Positions 37,513-50,160 of a stretch of 64,000 nt of DNA are shown here, one piece after another. Within the stretch, counting starts at the first letter, position 1; every line of letters begins with the position of its first letter. The stretch covers positions 37,791,636 to 37,855,635 of the forward strand of contig NC_068984.1 in the NCBI RefSeq assembly GCF_001194135.2, in the 5' to 3' direction. This DNA is from Octopus bimaculoides. Lineage: Eukaryota. Made by a program: the position numbers and the translations under genes. The notes below the pieces were generated by a model that saw only the letters and a program-made list of their open reading frames with translations, was not told the origin of the DNA and searched no databases.

Positions 37513-39639
37513 TTCAAACGATGTAAGGTAAAATAAATGCCTTTCAAGTACTGGAAGAGGGGTCGACTTAATTGACTACACTCTTCCCAAAATTCGTTAC
37601 GTAATACCTACGCTAGAAATCATTAGTAAAATATAGATAAAATATTGAGAGCATTGCAAATTATCAGAACTAATATTATGTCGACTAAATACCCTGCAAT
37701 AGTTAATTAACTTCGTTTACGTTTGATTTCAAATCCCGATGGAATTGTCATTAAATTTTGCTTTTCTGGTGGCCGGGGGATCTATAAAATAACTACAACA
37801 AACATACTGATTGGTTCAGCATCATAGTACTACCGACCCTGAGAAAATTGTTTTCTTTCTTTCTTTCTTTTTTTTTTTCTTTTTGCCACATTAAAGAAAA
37901 TTACAATTAAACAATAAAAGTAAATCGTGGAAATCGGTTCGGAGATTTGAATCCTGTTGCCGAATCTATGCTGTTTCCATGACCGACCGAGATCTTCAAG
38001 GCACAGTCCACCTATTACTAATTATTTATAACGAGATTGTGTGCATGTATGAGTGTATGCATGTATGTATGTATTACTACTATATATCTGTGTGTCTTGG
38101 GTATGAATTTAAACTTGATTCAATTGTGGGGCCCCGGCACGAAAGTTTGAGGCGTGTAGAACCACCTGTTAGTCACCATTGATTCCAGATCTACTCTGGC
38201 ACGGAGTAGCAGCAGCTGTTAGGGTTCCAGCAAAGGACTAACTAGCATGTGAAGGACCCCTAATTTTCGTAAAAACTTCTTTCTAGAAGGTAAAACTCAT
38301 TTAAAAAACCCAGAAATGCAGTTGGCTTTTAGTCGCCTCAACCTTTGTTGTGCTACTGATTTTATAGTTGTTTGCGATAGAAAGTGGGTTCAATGCTGTG
38401 CAACACTTTATTCACTCAAATCTAATTCACGCACAGGAAATTCTTGGACTCTCCGGACGTTTGCACGGACTAGGAAGTGGTGTTATTCGGTCACGAGTTG
38501 ACTTCCACCATTACCACTGCAAATTGCAAACGCAACAGTATATCTCACAAGTGTTTCGTTAGTGCTGAGTTCAACCCTACCCCTGGATTTTGACAGTAGT
38601 GGTGTTGGGTCCCATTAACCTCTTGTATGCACATCTGAATGTACTTTGGATTTGATCATAGTCGTTGAACCTTAGAAAGAGTTTCACTTCAAGTTAGAGA
38701 AAACAACTGCTGTTATGAGCACTCAGATCAGATCCTCTATTCTTATTTAGTCTCAGGTCCTGATAGAACATACCTATATCAAAACATTTCAGGAAGGACA
38801 ATATTATACAATGTATCGTTCCCTTTTCAAAACTATAGGGTGGGATGAGATGTTGCTGTTTATAGAAAGTCGAGCAACTATGTACAGATTATTTTTTGGG
38901 GCTCGCTTGCAACAGAGTAAACTCTAATAGTCTTGTTAAACCAGATCGAATTTTAAGTCTACTACCTTATAAAAAAACGCGTTTGATTCAATCACCTAAA
39001 ACGGTAAAGCAATAGATTATACGTCATAATTGTTCAGTTCTCTAGAAATTCAGCATTCTATTCTTAAAAAGGGTTCGTTTAAGTACAGTAATAATCTGGA
39101 GTAAATATGGCTAATTATAATTTTATTGATTGCAAAGTTGACCATTAGATAAGGCAATTCCACAATCCTCATCTGCCTCATCTTCCATCTTTTTCACCTT
39201 CTCCTCCCATCATCATAATCATCTCATTTCCACCAACATCATCATCACCACCTCGATTTTTCTAATTTACTCTGAAATATAAGTCTAGACGTAGATATGT
39301 TCTTATAGACTTGACAATAGTAAGTTCCGTATATGCTATTTGAGTACTCTCAAAAGACTTTCTATAAACTTTGGATATTTGTATGTATTTTGTAAAATGT
39401 ACCAAATGTTTTCGAAATGTGCATCTATGCAATGCAAAAAAGAGAGTGTGAGAGAGAGGGAGAAACTTTCGATTAATTCTCTAGTAATAATAGTTAAAAT
39501 AATAGGTTGGATAACACAATGAACATAGAAGCATAACTCTCCATAAAACATAGATAATCTCAAAATGAAACGAAGAATACAATTATGCTATACGAACCCC
39601 CGAGAAAGTATATTTAACACTTATGTATTATATACTAAT

Positions 39640-40075
39640 GCGGCGAACTGACAACATGCTTAGCGGCGTTTCGTCTAGCCTAACGCTCTGAGTTCAAATT
39701 CCGCCGAGATCGACTTTGTCTTTCATGCTATTGGAGTCGATGAAATAAATACCAGTTGAGCACTGGGGTCGATGTAATCGACTTATTCCCTCCTTCGAAA
39801 TTGCTAGCTAAGTACCAAAATTTGAAATCAATATTTATATCTTATATATCATTTTATTAATGTAAAAACAAAATATATAACGATAGATTAGCAGAATCTT
39901 TAGAGCGCCAGGAAACACCCAGCTGTACTTGTTCTGTCTCGCTCTTTATGCTCTGAGTTCAAATCTCGCCAGATAAACTTTGCGTTTCAAAAGTCCGATA
40001 AAGTACCAGTCAAATAATGGAGTCAGTATAATCGACCAGATCCCTTTCTCCAAGTATCTGGCCTCATGTTTATGT
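39640..40075 (+). mobile_element. Two family A SINE copies (one near-complete, one decayed)
   Basis: GAGTTCAAATTCCGCCGAGATCGACTTTG.. at about 39690 and GAGTTCAAATCTCGCC at about 39955. Confidence 0.75.
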
Positions 40076-40744
40076 AAGAAATTATACACAAAGTACATTG
40101 ATTAAATAATATGTAACAACATATGACATTAGCGAACTAATAAGCAATAAGACATATGAAACATAAGCAGCACCCTAAAAATGAAGTACGAGTTACAGCG
40201 AATAAAAAAACAAAGCAAAAAAAAAAAAGATAAAACCTAAAACACTAGCGAATGTATCAAATTTTATAATAAACAATAAACATATCCTAAAAAGAGAACA
40301 AGTTATGCATAGAATTTTACACAACAAATAAAACAATCGGAAACAAAAGTAAGCACGGTTTTAAGGTTAGAAAATTACTTCCAAAACAATGGGTTTCGGT
40401 TACAATCTCATTGCTCGACACTGAGCGACGGAAATATAATAAACTAAAATTGTATGGAAGCCTATCGGAGAAACCGTTCTTGTATAGTAGACTTAATCCA
40501 TCGCCCGATTTAACACCACCCGTTCTTGGATGACTTTAGGAAAGTTCACTTTGTTTCGAGCATTCGAATCAAGTCTCTGGTCTGAGGATATTCTCCTTCC
40601 TTCCTCCCTTTGAGTCTTTGAAAAAATTTACATGCGCAACTCTCTCTCCTTTGACAAAACCAAAGAAAACAAACGAGCCAATGATGCTACTTCTACGTGG
40701 CTGCTTGACCGAATAGAAATATTGATTACAGAAATATTGATATA

Positions 40745-42615
40745 GGGCGGCGAGTTAGCAGAAACGTTAGCACGCGGGTCGAACTGCTTCGCGGTATAAC
40801 GGCTCTGTGAATTATTGTGAATACTGTTGTGTTACTTTGTGAAAACTGTCTCGGTGATTAATTGTGATTTTTGTGGAATTATTACGGTTACATTTCACGT
40901 GAGCTGCTGCATTTTCCCCAGCTATGGCAAGTGGTAGTGTCTCCAGTATGGAGAGCTACGCCAAGGCCACTGCGGTGAGGAAGCCAGTGCCGCTGGAAAC
41001 CAAGTTAATCAAGTTGGATATGGAGGAGGTGACTAGAAGCAGGAATTTGATAGAAGTTGAGGGAGGCTCGTACAAATTGTGTCCCCCAAAAGAGACTAAA
41101 GAAAAATAAGATTCTGAGGACAGTAGTGTATCGTACACAAGCTGTCGAAACCGGTAAAATTGAAATGGTGACAGAAGAAGAAATCGAGGAGTGCCTGGGT
41201 GAAATTGTCAATGAAGCCACGTACATCAACAGAGGAAGAAAGTTCGGTACAGTTGAGGTGAGGTTCGCCACTATAGAAGAGGCAACCAAGCATGCAACCA
41301 ACATATTAAGAAGTGAGAAAATAGCATTGCTACCAAGCTATAGAGGAAGAAGAAGTGTAAAAATACGAATTCCCAAAGTTACACCAGATATTAAACCAGA
41401 GTGGTTGGTTGCAACAGTGCTGACTGCAACCAAGGAGGAGCCGGAATTGGGACCAGTGGCGAAAATAAAAGTGTGCAAATGGTTAGGATTTGGACTCGAA
41501 ATGTGGCTTTTTCCCACATTCGAGGACATAGAAAAAATTCCCTACCAGATAGAAGTGGAGGATGAGAGAACGCTAAATGTTGTAGTCGAGGGAAGGAAAC
41601 CAAATTGCTACATATGCGGGGAAACAGGTCATATGAAAACCAAATGCCCCCTATATGAGTTCACACAGCCACAGCAAGAGAAAGTACAAGCAGAGGAGGA
41701 AAACATTGTAGACCACACGGAGGAAATAAAAGAGAGACAGAAGTGTGAAACAGAGAAAACAATGTGAAGAACGAAAATGGAGCTACTAACCCTAAAAAAC
41801 GAAAGAAAAATAAGTCAAAGGAACGGTCAACAGAAAGCATAAAAGAGATAGAAAAGCCAGAAACTAATAATGCACAAGAAGAGGAGGAGAGAACGGAGAA
41901 AGATGTCAAATACAAGGAGTTTTTGATAAAGTACGAGAATTGCGAGCAGATGGAGAGAAAAGTTGAAGGAAACAATAACAGTGAAAATGTCAGAGAAATG
42001 TGCTGAGAAATGCATTTTGATAAAAGAGAGAAACTACTGGAAGTAGATAAAAGAACTTGGTGAAAATACAATAACGAAACGGATATGGTTGGTGGAGACA
42101 CCACCCACTAGAACTGATTATTTGCAGTTGTTAAGGACGGACGTAACAATGATTAATGGAAGAAAGGTAACGCGAGTGTTTGAATTTTTTGAGTTACAAA
42201 ACCGTTAAAATGTTTACATGACGTTGAACGTAAAAGTGAAAAACTGGATAAATGTAACCACCCGACTTTGGGGATCGAGTGGACATTGCGCCTCATTTTT
42301 TTCATTCTTGCATATAATCATTTTATTTTAATTACTCCGATTTTATATTTGCGTTTTGTACTGTTTTTATGTTTTGTGATGTCTTAAAAATTCTTTGTAT
42401 AGCCCTTTATGGGTAATAAAGAAATCGGTATTTCGTCTGCCGCTACGTTCTGAGTTCAAATTCTACCGAGGCCGACTTTGCCTTTCATCCTTTCGGGGTC
42501 GATTAAATAAGTACCAGTTACGCACTGGAGTCGATATAATCGACTTAACCCGTTTGTCTGTCCTTGTTTGTCCCCTCTGTGTGTAGCCCCTTGTGAGCAG
42601 AAAAGAAATAAGAAA
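40745..42615 (+). mobile_element. Tail-B SINE split by an ORF1-only retroposon
   Basis: Head 40745-40797; body and tail resume at 42426-42615; outer duplication AGAAATATTGATTACA / AGAAATGTTGATTACA. Confidence 0.85.
40798..42425 (+). mobile_element. ORF1-only (HAL1-like) non-autonomous non-LTR retroposon, 1628 bp
   Basis: TSD CGGTAT (40792-40797 / 42426-42431); frameshifted ORF from ATG 40924 with an RRM-like segment (GTVEVRFATIEEA) and CCHC knuckle CYICGETGHMKTKC; no APE or RT motifs; 3' UTR ends TAATAAAGAAAT. Confidence 0.82.
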
Positions 42616-42629
42616 TGTTGATTACAAAT

Positions 42630-42800
42630 GTTGGCACAAGGCCAGCAACTTCGTGGAAGTGGGTAAAGCGATTACGTCGAACCCAGTACTCAACTGGTAC
42701 TTATTTTATCAACTCCGAAAGGCTGAAAGGTAAAGATGGACGAAATGCCGCTAAGCATTTAGCCCGGCGTGCTTACATTTCTGCCAGCTCGCTGCCTTTC
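42630..42800 (-). mobile_element. Family A SINE with internal deletion
   Basis: Reverse complement of head AAGGCAGCGAGCTGGCAGAAATGTAAGCACGCCGGGC and tail GGCCTTGTGCCAA. Confidence 0.8.
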
Positions 42801-43724
42801 CGAGCAGGAATATTAGTCAAACCCTCTCAAACCACATTCTACTTTCTGTTAAAAGGATATATATTGCAGGAAGATTTTTCTTGGGAAAGATACAGCAGCG
42901 GTTACACGTTACACTGGTATATTTATAGTTTACTCTGCTAGTCTCTCCCTACCTTACCCTTGAGGCACTGGGCTTATTTAACCCTCAGGCATGGGGTTTG
43001 GCTCATGTGATATCAAAGCATGTCGAACCACCAGTAGGACTTTGTGATACATGTTTTGAGTCCAGCCCTCCTCCAAGTCCTGTATTTTCGACAATTTGAT
43101 CCATAACTGGGGTCGCTGACAGGTGCAATCACCCAGAGCAAAGAGGATTTGGGAACAGTAATTACAAAACATTAAGTAATAAGAATAGTTACCGTGAAAT
43201 ATTATCATCAATAAGGGGAGTGGATAAAAACCCAGTATGTATGTGGCTCAGATCAAAGTTAATGATATCACTGGAAAGATATAGTTGTCATAATATCACT
43301 GATACTTATAAATGTAATATTATGGACATGAGCTTGTAACAGAAAAAAAAAAAATTAGAAAAAAGCCAAGAAGACAATAAAAGACCTAAGTCTGCTTTCC
43401 ATATCTTTAAAGAAAACGAATATCAAAAACAAGATCTATGAGATATTTCTCAGGAAATACTGATTAAAACGAAATGGTATACTGATTAGACGAGGTAAAT
43501 TAATAGATATAATTCATAGATAAAGCAATATTAATAAAACAGAATGCTTAAAAATCAATGAAACGATGAAAGCACATTCTCTCAACAACTAAACAAAGAT
43601 ATTGGTATGCAGTTTGTAATAAAGAGAAGAAAGCAGTAAAGTGTGAAGGAATCACCGTTCCAGATAGGAAAGCAATACTACCAGTAATGGAATATGTCTA
43701 TATACATAAATGTGTAATGGTGTC

Positions 43725-44040
43725 TATCTGTGTGTGTGTTTGGGGTTACACTAAGTTTTCCCACACCGTCCAACCGATTTTCATGATTTTTTGCACATAG
43801 GTAGATCACATGCCCTGAAGTTCAAAAAAGGCCGAAGTTTTCGTAAACTCGATAATGCATCGATTTTTGTTGGCATCGATTTTTGTGAGCTCAATCGGGA
43901 GTTTGAATGGAAATTCCCTTAACGATGTTATTTTCCTGCAGCTTTTGCATTTTTTGTCCGATTTTGATGAAAATCGATGAGGGAGCGATGACAGTATATG
44001 GCGTTGACGAAAAATCGATAATTGCACCTGAGCAGTGGTT
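43725..44040 (+). mobile_element. Possible Helitron/DINE-1-like non-autonomous fragment
   Basis: GT microsatellite followed by CCAACCGATTTTCATGATTTTTTGCACATA, resembling DINE-1-type cores; no termini confirmed. Confidence 0.35.
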
Positions 44041-44122
44041 TTATAAAATCAATAGATATTTTGCGTAATTTTTATACATTATTTACATCTGACGGATATT
44101 CGTCCTCATCTTGTTTGTTGTT

Positions 44123-44168
44123 AACACAATGTTTCGGCTGATATACTCTCCAGCCTTCATCAGGTATT
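44123..44168 (-). ncRNA. Minimal type I hammerhead ribozyme motif (one decayed position)
   Basis: AATAC-CTGATGA-A-GGCTG(gagagtatat)CAGCC-GAAA-CATT-GTGTT: both cores, perfect 5-bp stem II, stem I AATAC/GTGTT; stem III region AACATT is one change from palindromic AACGTT. Confidence 0.7.
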
Positions 44169-44198
44169 TTTCGATGTTATTATTATTACTATTATTCA

Positions 44199-44271
44199 GG
44201 TCACTGCCTGAAATCGAACTCGGAATCTTCGGGCTAGTAGCCCGCGCTCTTAACCACTACGCCATATGTCC
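44199..44271 (-). ncRNA. tRNA-derived Pol III module (73 nt) inside the Penelope 3' end; not a functional tRNA
   Basis: GGACATATGGCGTAGTGGTTAAGAGCGCGGGCTACTAGCCCGAAGATTCCGAGTTCGATTTCAGGCAGTGACC: A box TGGCGTAGTGG, B box GAGTTCGATT, anticodon-like hairpin CGGGC/GCCCG; acceptor and T stems decayed. Confidence 0.75.
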
Positions 44272-45035
44272 GTGGGCAATTATGGAGTGAATTTTAGAGG
44301 TTATAAATCTAATATTCCCCTATCCTTCCTTAATACCAGTTCCCATATGCTATTCATATCTGCACTCGGTCTGCTTAGGAGGTTGTTGTGCCCTTGCATA
44401 TGTGCTGCTTTTTTTAGTTTTCGCATTTTCCAGTGGTGTTCTCTGTCTATTATTTTAACTTCATCCCACAAGGGGAGGTGGTCTCCATTTTTCCATACAT
44501 GATCAGCTGTACCCGATTTATCAATATCTCCTTGTGTCATAACTTTGCGATGTTCCTCTACCCTTATTTTGAGGGAGCGACATGTTTCGCCTTTGTATAA
44601 CCTACCACAGCTGCATGGGATGGAGTACTCGCAGTTTTTGGTCATATTCTCTTCTATTGGTGGTTTTACCCGAAGGAGATATTTGCGAAGTGTTGTATTA
44701 CTCTTGAATACTGTCCTGATGTCATATGGGCCACATATCTTTTGTATCTTTTCGAAGAGGCCTGTCACATTGGGTAGACAGACTGTGGACAGTTTATTGG
44801 TTTCATCCCCTCTTTTCTTCATAATTGGAGTAGATAGCATGTTTTTGGGGTAGTTGTTGCTTAATAGATTGTTACTGAGCTTGATCATTTCTACGTGGTG
44901 TGTATCACAATCGCTACTTATATTCTTTGCTCGATGTTTTTGGCACTGAGCAATCCCTCTCTTTACATTGTATGGATGGTGGGAATTGAAGTTGAGGTAT
45001 CATCCAATGAAGGTCGGCTTGTGGTGTACTGATGT

Positions 45036-45440
45036 CCTTCTAAAGGCAAATTCACTACAGTTACCACGGATAAAAAAAATCTATGATTCTGTTATTTTTA
45101 TTCGACCAGGAGGCCCACTAGCGTAACTCAGTCACTGATGCTGGACTGTTTTTTAGTGGAGAAAGAATTCTCTGATGTTGCTATCTTCAATGTGACCAGG
45201 CAGTTTACAAGCGCAACTCTATCGCTGATGTTGATTGTCTTTTAGCTAAAGCTACGATTTTGAATTTGTTCAGGGTTATCTCTCTTCGGTATTTTCCATT
45301 GAGGAAGGCTACAGAGCCAGAAACGCATGTATGGAAATCCGCTATAAAGAAGCACTGGGCAGATATGGTGATTTTACACTTTTTACCATAAGAAAGAATT
45401 TTTTTATCCACAGTAACTACAGTGAATTTGCCTTTAGAAG
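45036..45440. mobile_element. MITE with ~40-bp imperfect TIRs (piggyBac-like?)
   Basis: CTTCTAAAGGCAAATTCACT..GGATAAAAAA / TTTTTTATCC..AGTGAATTTGCCTTTAGAAG; TTAA follows the right end only. Confidence 0.55.
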
Positions 45441-45874
45441 TTAAAATATGTCACAAACATATTTTAACTCACCTAAAATTCATGTGTGTGGTGCGACAGG
45501 ATGATAAGGTTAAAAACAGTTGTGAAAGAATATAAAAAATTAAATAAAATGGAAGGAAGACCACCATCAAAGGAATCAATACCTGGACAATATGCCATTG
45601 AGAATCTCTGTAGCCTTCTTTCAACAAAAACAAAAAGAATTAACATGATGAAATGGACTGGTGCACTGAGAACTGTTCCGGTTCTACAATGTTTTAAAAC
45701 AACAAAACTGTTAATAAATTCTATGTACTAAAATGAAGACAGATATAACACTTAGCAATTATATAACTGAGGTTTGTTAGGAAAAGTAACGAAAATATTA
45801 TACGTGCAGCTTGGAAGATTCAACGAGAGGGATGAAAGAAATTATTTTATATTTAATAGAACAATTATAAAATT

Positions 45875-46073
45875 AATTGCAGCGTAGAAGGTGTTTATAA
45901 GCCATTTAAAAACACACAAAAACCGTTAGATTCACTTCAACATTTAAATTTAATTTGTCGCAGTTTCAAAGCGGCGAAAATATTTTGACAAATTAGATTT
46001 AAATATTGAAGTGAATCTAACGGTTTTTGTGTGTGTTTTCAAATGGCTTATAAACACCTTCCACGCTGCAATT
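45875..46073. mobile_element. Palindromic MITE (AATTGCAGCGT termini), copy 2
   Basis: About 80-bp near-perfect inverted arms; homologous to 35345-35580. Confidence 0.8.
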
Positions 46074-46984
46074 GTTTTTGCTTCAGCACACGATCTCAGA
46101 TCAAGTCACTTGCTAGGCAAGTACATCTCATTATAAAATTGTAAAAACAAATGATTGAGCAGAATAGATAAAAAAGTATAATTAAACAAATTTAAACAAG
46201 TGATAGATGTATATCATTAAACGTCCCCTTGTTTTGATCACAATACACCACTGCCTTGATTACGTCTTCTCTTTACGTACCCTCTCTACGTACTGTATGG
46301 TTTGCTTAATGCTGTATGTCGCTTATTTATTTTATTTATTTATTTATTTATTCATTTTCGTAATTGATTCCACCTCCTGCCTGATTAACACTTCATATGG
46401 TTTTTTATTTATTTATTTATTTATTCATTTTCCATAAACGTCTTCTGTAGATTTTATTGACCTTTCAAATGACATTTCAATCAGGCAATAGCTAGATTTC
46501 TCCTCACTTAAGATACGTTTATTTTCACGGGAAACCGGATCTTCCTTGCCAGAATGGTGTTCCTCTCAGAGAGATAAGTTACCTTTCATAAAAGATTGTC
46601 TCCTCACCAGAGGTAAATTCTTCTTTGCGTTTTTTATTACCTCTTGCAGTTGCTTCCTCCCGTTGCCTCTGTTTTCTATCCTCATTAGTGGATGAGGTGA
46701 AGCTGCCCTGAAGAGGAGCTTCCTAGGGATTTAGTTCTCGTTATCGTTGTTATTGCTAATGGAGAATTCTCATATTCTCCACCAGTTGAAGTTTGGAGAA
46801 GTTATAGGGTTTTAGTTCCTGGCAAGGAGTACAAGCTGGGGGGGGGGGGGTTTACGATTTTAGGGTAAATATTCTAAACGAAAATTAATTTCTTCAGTTA
46901 ACTTGAAGATCATTAATTATCGGAGCAAAATTTTAGGCTTCTGAATGAGACAGTAGGTAACAGTTGTAGTAGTGATAATGATTT

Positions 46985-47560
46985 AAGCACAAGGCCAGCA
47001 ATTTTGAGGAGAGGAGTAGTCGACTCCGAAAAAAATGAGAGATAAAGTTGACCTTTGTGGGATTTAAATTATGCATTTTACCTGAATCGCTAACGATTCT
47101 GAATAATTATAATAATCCTTTCTACTAAAGGTACAAAGCCTGCAATTTTGGGGGAGGGGACTACTCGATTACATCGTACCCAGTGTTTCACTGGTACTTA
47201 ACATATCGACTCCGAAAGGATGAAAAGCAAAGTCGACCTCAGCAATTTGAACTCAGAACGTAGCGACGGGTGAAATACCTCTAAGCATTTTGTCCGGTGT
47301 GCTAACGATTCTGGCAGCTCGCCACCTTAGAAAAAGAATCTAATATTAACACCAAATGTAGGTATAAAGCCACATATTCTAACAAGAGGAATCAGTCGTT
47401 GAAATCCCTTCCTCATACCTGATAGGAATTATTTTACCCAGTAGAGTGACATGTAAAGTCAACTTCGGAAGGATTTGGACTCAGAAACTTTAAAGGGCGT
47501 AACTAAACACTACTCAGCATTTTGTCTTATGTCTACTGATTCTGCCATCTACCACTCTAA
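46985..47560 (-). mobile_element. Cluster of three family A SINEs of differing decay
   Basis: Repeated CGACTCCGAAA..AAAGTCGACCTC..GCTAACGATTCTG segments; best copy 47120-47327. Confidence 0.75.
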
Positions 47561-48099
47561 CTAGAACATCAACAAAAAATTACTTCTCTTTCAAAACATA
47601 CTTGAATGGAAAGTGCAAAAGTACGTGATATTACGTAGCACAGTCTGTGGTCTACCATATGACATAACTCAATAGATAAGACATGAGGAATTCCCATCGT
47701 AGGAGTAAATAGACTGAACGTGGCAAACAACAACTGTGAAAAAAATGTGAGATGGTTAGTGCCATTGAAGAAATTTTTCAGCAAGAAAAATGGCTGAAAT
47801 GTTTCAAGCTATCATGTTTCTTTGAGGAGACAAACAAAATGGATATTTCTAAACTCCCCAGAGAATATACAGCAACATGAAGAGCGGTAAAAGTGCTTGG
47901 CGTTAGTTATAAGTACAATGAACCAAAGAGCTCTTGTATGTCTATGTGTATGTATTTATATATTATGTAAGCGCTTACTCTTGCACGCGTTCTCACACAA
48001 ATGTAAAGTTCATAAAATAGGTGTGTGTGTGTGTGTGCGCGCGCGCGCGTATGTACGTGCGCGCTTGTGTGCTAATTTTAGGTTGTTATTATTGAAACG

Positions 48100-48420
48100 T
48101 GAAGGCGCGTGGCTTTGTGGTTAGGGCATTCGACTCGCGATCGTAAAGTCATGAGTTCAATTCCCGGCGACGCGTTGTGTCCTTCAGCAAGACACTTTAT
48201 TTCACGTTGCAAAAATGAGTAGTACCTGTATTTCAAAGGGCCAGTATTGCCACATTCTGTGTCACGCTGAATCTCCCTGAGAACTACGTTAGGAGTACAC
48301 GTGTCTGTAGATTGCTCAGTCACTTGCACGTTAATTTCACGAGTGAGCTGTTCTGTTGATCGTATTAGCTGGGACCCTCGTCGTCGTAACCGACGGAGTG
48401 CTTCTATTAATGGAGTGCCA
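48100..48420 (+). mobile_element. tRNA-derived SINE with family C tail and different central domain
   Basis: Head GGCGCGTGGCTTTGTGGTTAGGG..GAGTTCAATTCCCGG, centre GTGTCCTTCAGCAAGACACTTTATTTC, tail GAACTACGTTA..CGACGGAGTGC; similar copy at 55995-56318. Confidence 0.85.
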
Positions 48421-49379
48421 ACCATTATTGAAACATTTTAAGGATAACAATTCATTTACTGATGGCAAGACTTAATACTAACAGTAGAGTCAAATGTATA
48501 AAAATTCATTTTCAATTAGTTTCACTTGCGGCTTATTCCCTCATCAGACGCAAACATATGTATATGTACATATGTGTGTGTGTATTTCGCTTGTTTCGGT
48601 CATTTGACTGTGGTCATGCTGGCGCATTGTCTCGAAGATTTTTAGTTGAACATATCGACCTGCAGGACTTATTTTTAAAGCCTGGGTCTTATTCTATCGG
48701 TCTCTTGTGCTGAACCGCTAGATTACGAGGACGTAAACAAACCTGAATCAGTAGTCAAGCGATGATGAGGTACAAACATGTATCACGGGGTTTAGTAGCT
48801 GTGTCACCGATGTCGTTGTTCCGTGGTTGAGTTATTGAATGAAAATAAGTTTCTTGACTGCATGAAGAAATAACTGAACAATACCCACGAACATTTAACT
48901 GAAATATTTATTGTCGCACATAAAGACAATCTTAGTTGGTCATTTACAGTTAACAAAAGCAATAATTACAGATTGGGAGAGAGATACTGCTGAGATTACA
49001 GAACACTATTGGCACGACAGCATGCGGTTTGCCATACCTCTCTGAAATCAATTGCTCTATCTTCGTGGCGACGGAAGTCCTTGGTCATCTGCTCTAGGCC
49101 ATCTGCGTGGAAAGAGAGAAGGCGCATATCATTCAGCGGCTTTTCAACACACTGCCTCGCATGTGAATGAGCGTGTGAATGAGTCGGTCGCTCTCAATGC
49201 TCTAATAAGAGTTTAGGCGCCAAAACGGTTTGTTTTCACAGAGTACAAGAAGATTCCAGAAGATTAAATCACGCTAGAGGTTGACGCTGATTGGTGGCTT
49301 GATAGACCGATCACGTGAAACTATTGTGGTTTGGTCGATCGTGGTATCTGATCGCATAACTAGCGATTCGGTTTCGAAT

Positions 49380-49417
49380 CACCGCCACACACACACATAC
49401 ACATATATACATAAATT

Positions 49418-49448
<31 letters not shown>

Positions 49449-50160
49449 GATGTAGTGCTTCTTGCAGGCATGAAGTGACGCAAACACACGCGCATGCACG
49501 CAACAAAATGCACGCATAACCCGACACACATCTTCACATTCACACACACATATACACACGTACATGCACACACTCGCACATATACCTCCAGCACACACTC
49601 ATACAGACACGCACACAATTGCACACACATGGGCACAAATACACACGCACGTAAGCACATACACACCTACACAAACCCCACNNNNNNNNNNTAAGCACAT
49701 ACACACCTACACAAACCCCACACACACGTACACACAAATGAACCCACACATACCTCCCATACACACAGCACACACTCATACATACGCGCACACAATTATA
49801 CATATATGTACAGACACACACACATACACACACAGAGTAACGTAGTTACTCCACAGACACAACCTCACGCGTACACACATACCCACACGTACACACATAC
49901 ATACATACATACACTGCAAACAAAACACACACATACTACATATACATACATGCACACACACATACTTCAAACTACCATTACCTTTCTACTGACCATTCTA
50001 CTACGCACATATGTAGGAAGAGACACAACAGACAGCCACTCCTACCAAAATTCTTATAAATTCTTCCTATGACCTTACACGATACTAAGTCCAACCACAC
50101 ACATACATAAACAGCCACAACCACACACACACACATACACGTGCTGTCATTACACACACA
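49380..50160. repeat. CA-rich low-complexity/compound microsatellite
   Basis: Directly visible; contains a 10-N gap with duplicated flanks. Confidence 0.9.

Larger units (their letters stand above)
44076..45036 (-). mobile_element. 5'-truncated Penelope-like element (RT thumb, GIY-YIG endonuclease, terminal repeat)
   Basis: SVHHKPTFIG*YLNFNSHHPYNVKRG (PLE RT C-terminus), then CEYSIPCSCGRLYKGETCRSLKIRVEEH and HVWKNGDHLPLWDEVKII (GIY-YIG type), followed by a non-coding terminal module. Confidence 0.9.

Noticed and set aside
44199-44271. Functional tRNA gene (also SINE heads at 62708, 48100, 37512)
   Set aside because: Acceptor and T stems do not pair; embedded in repeats, so tRNA-derived modules only.
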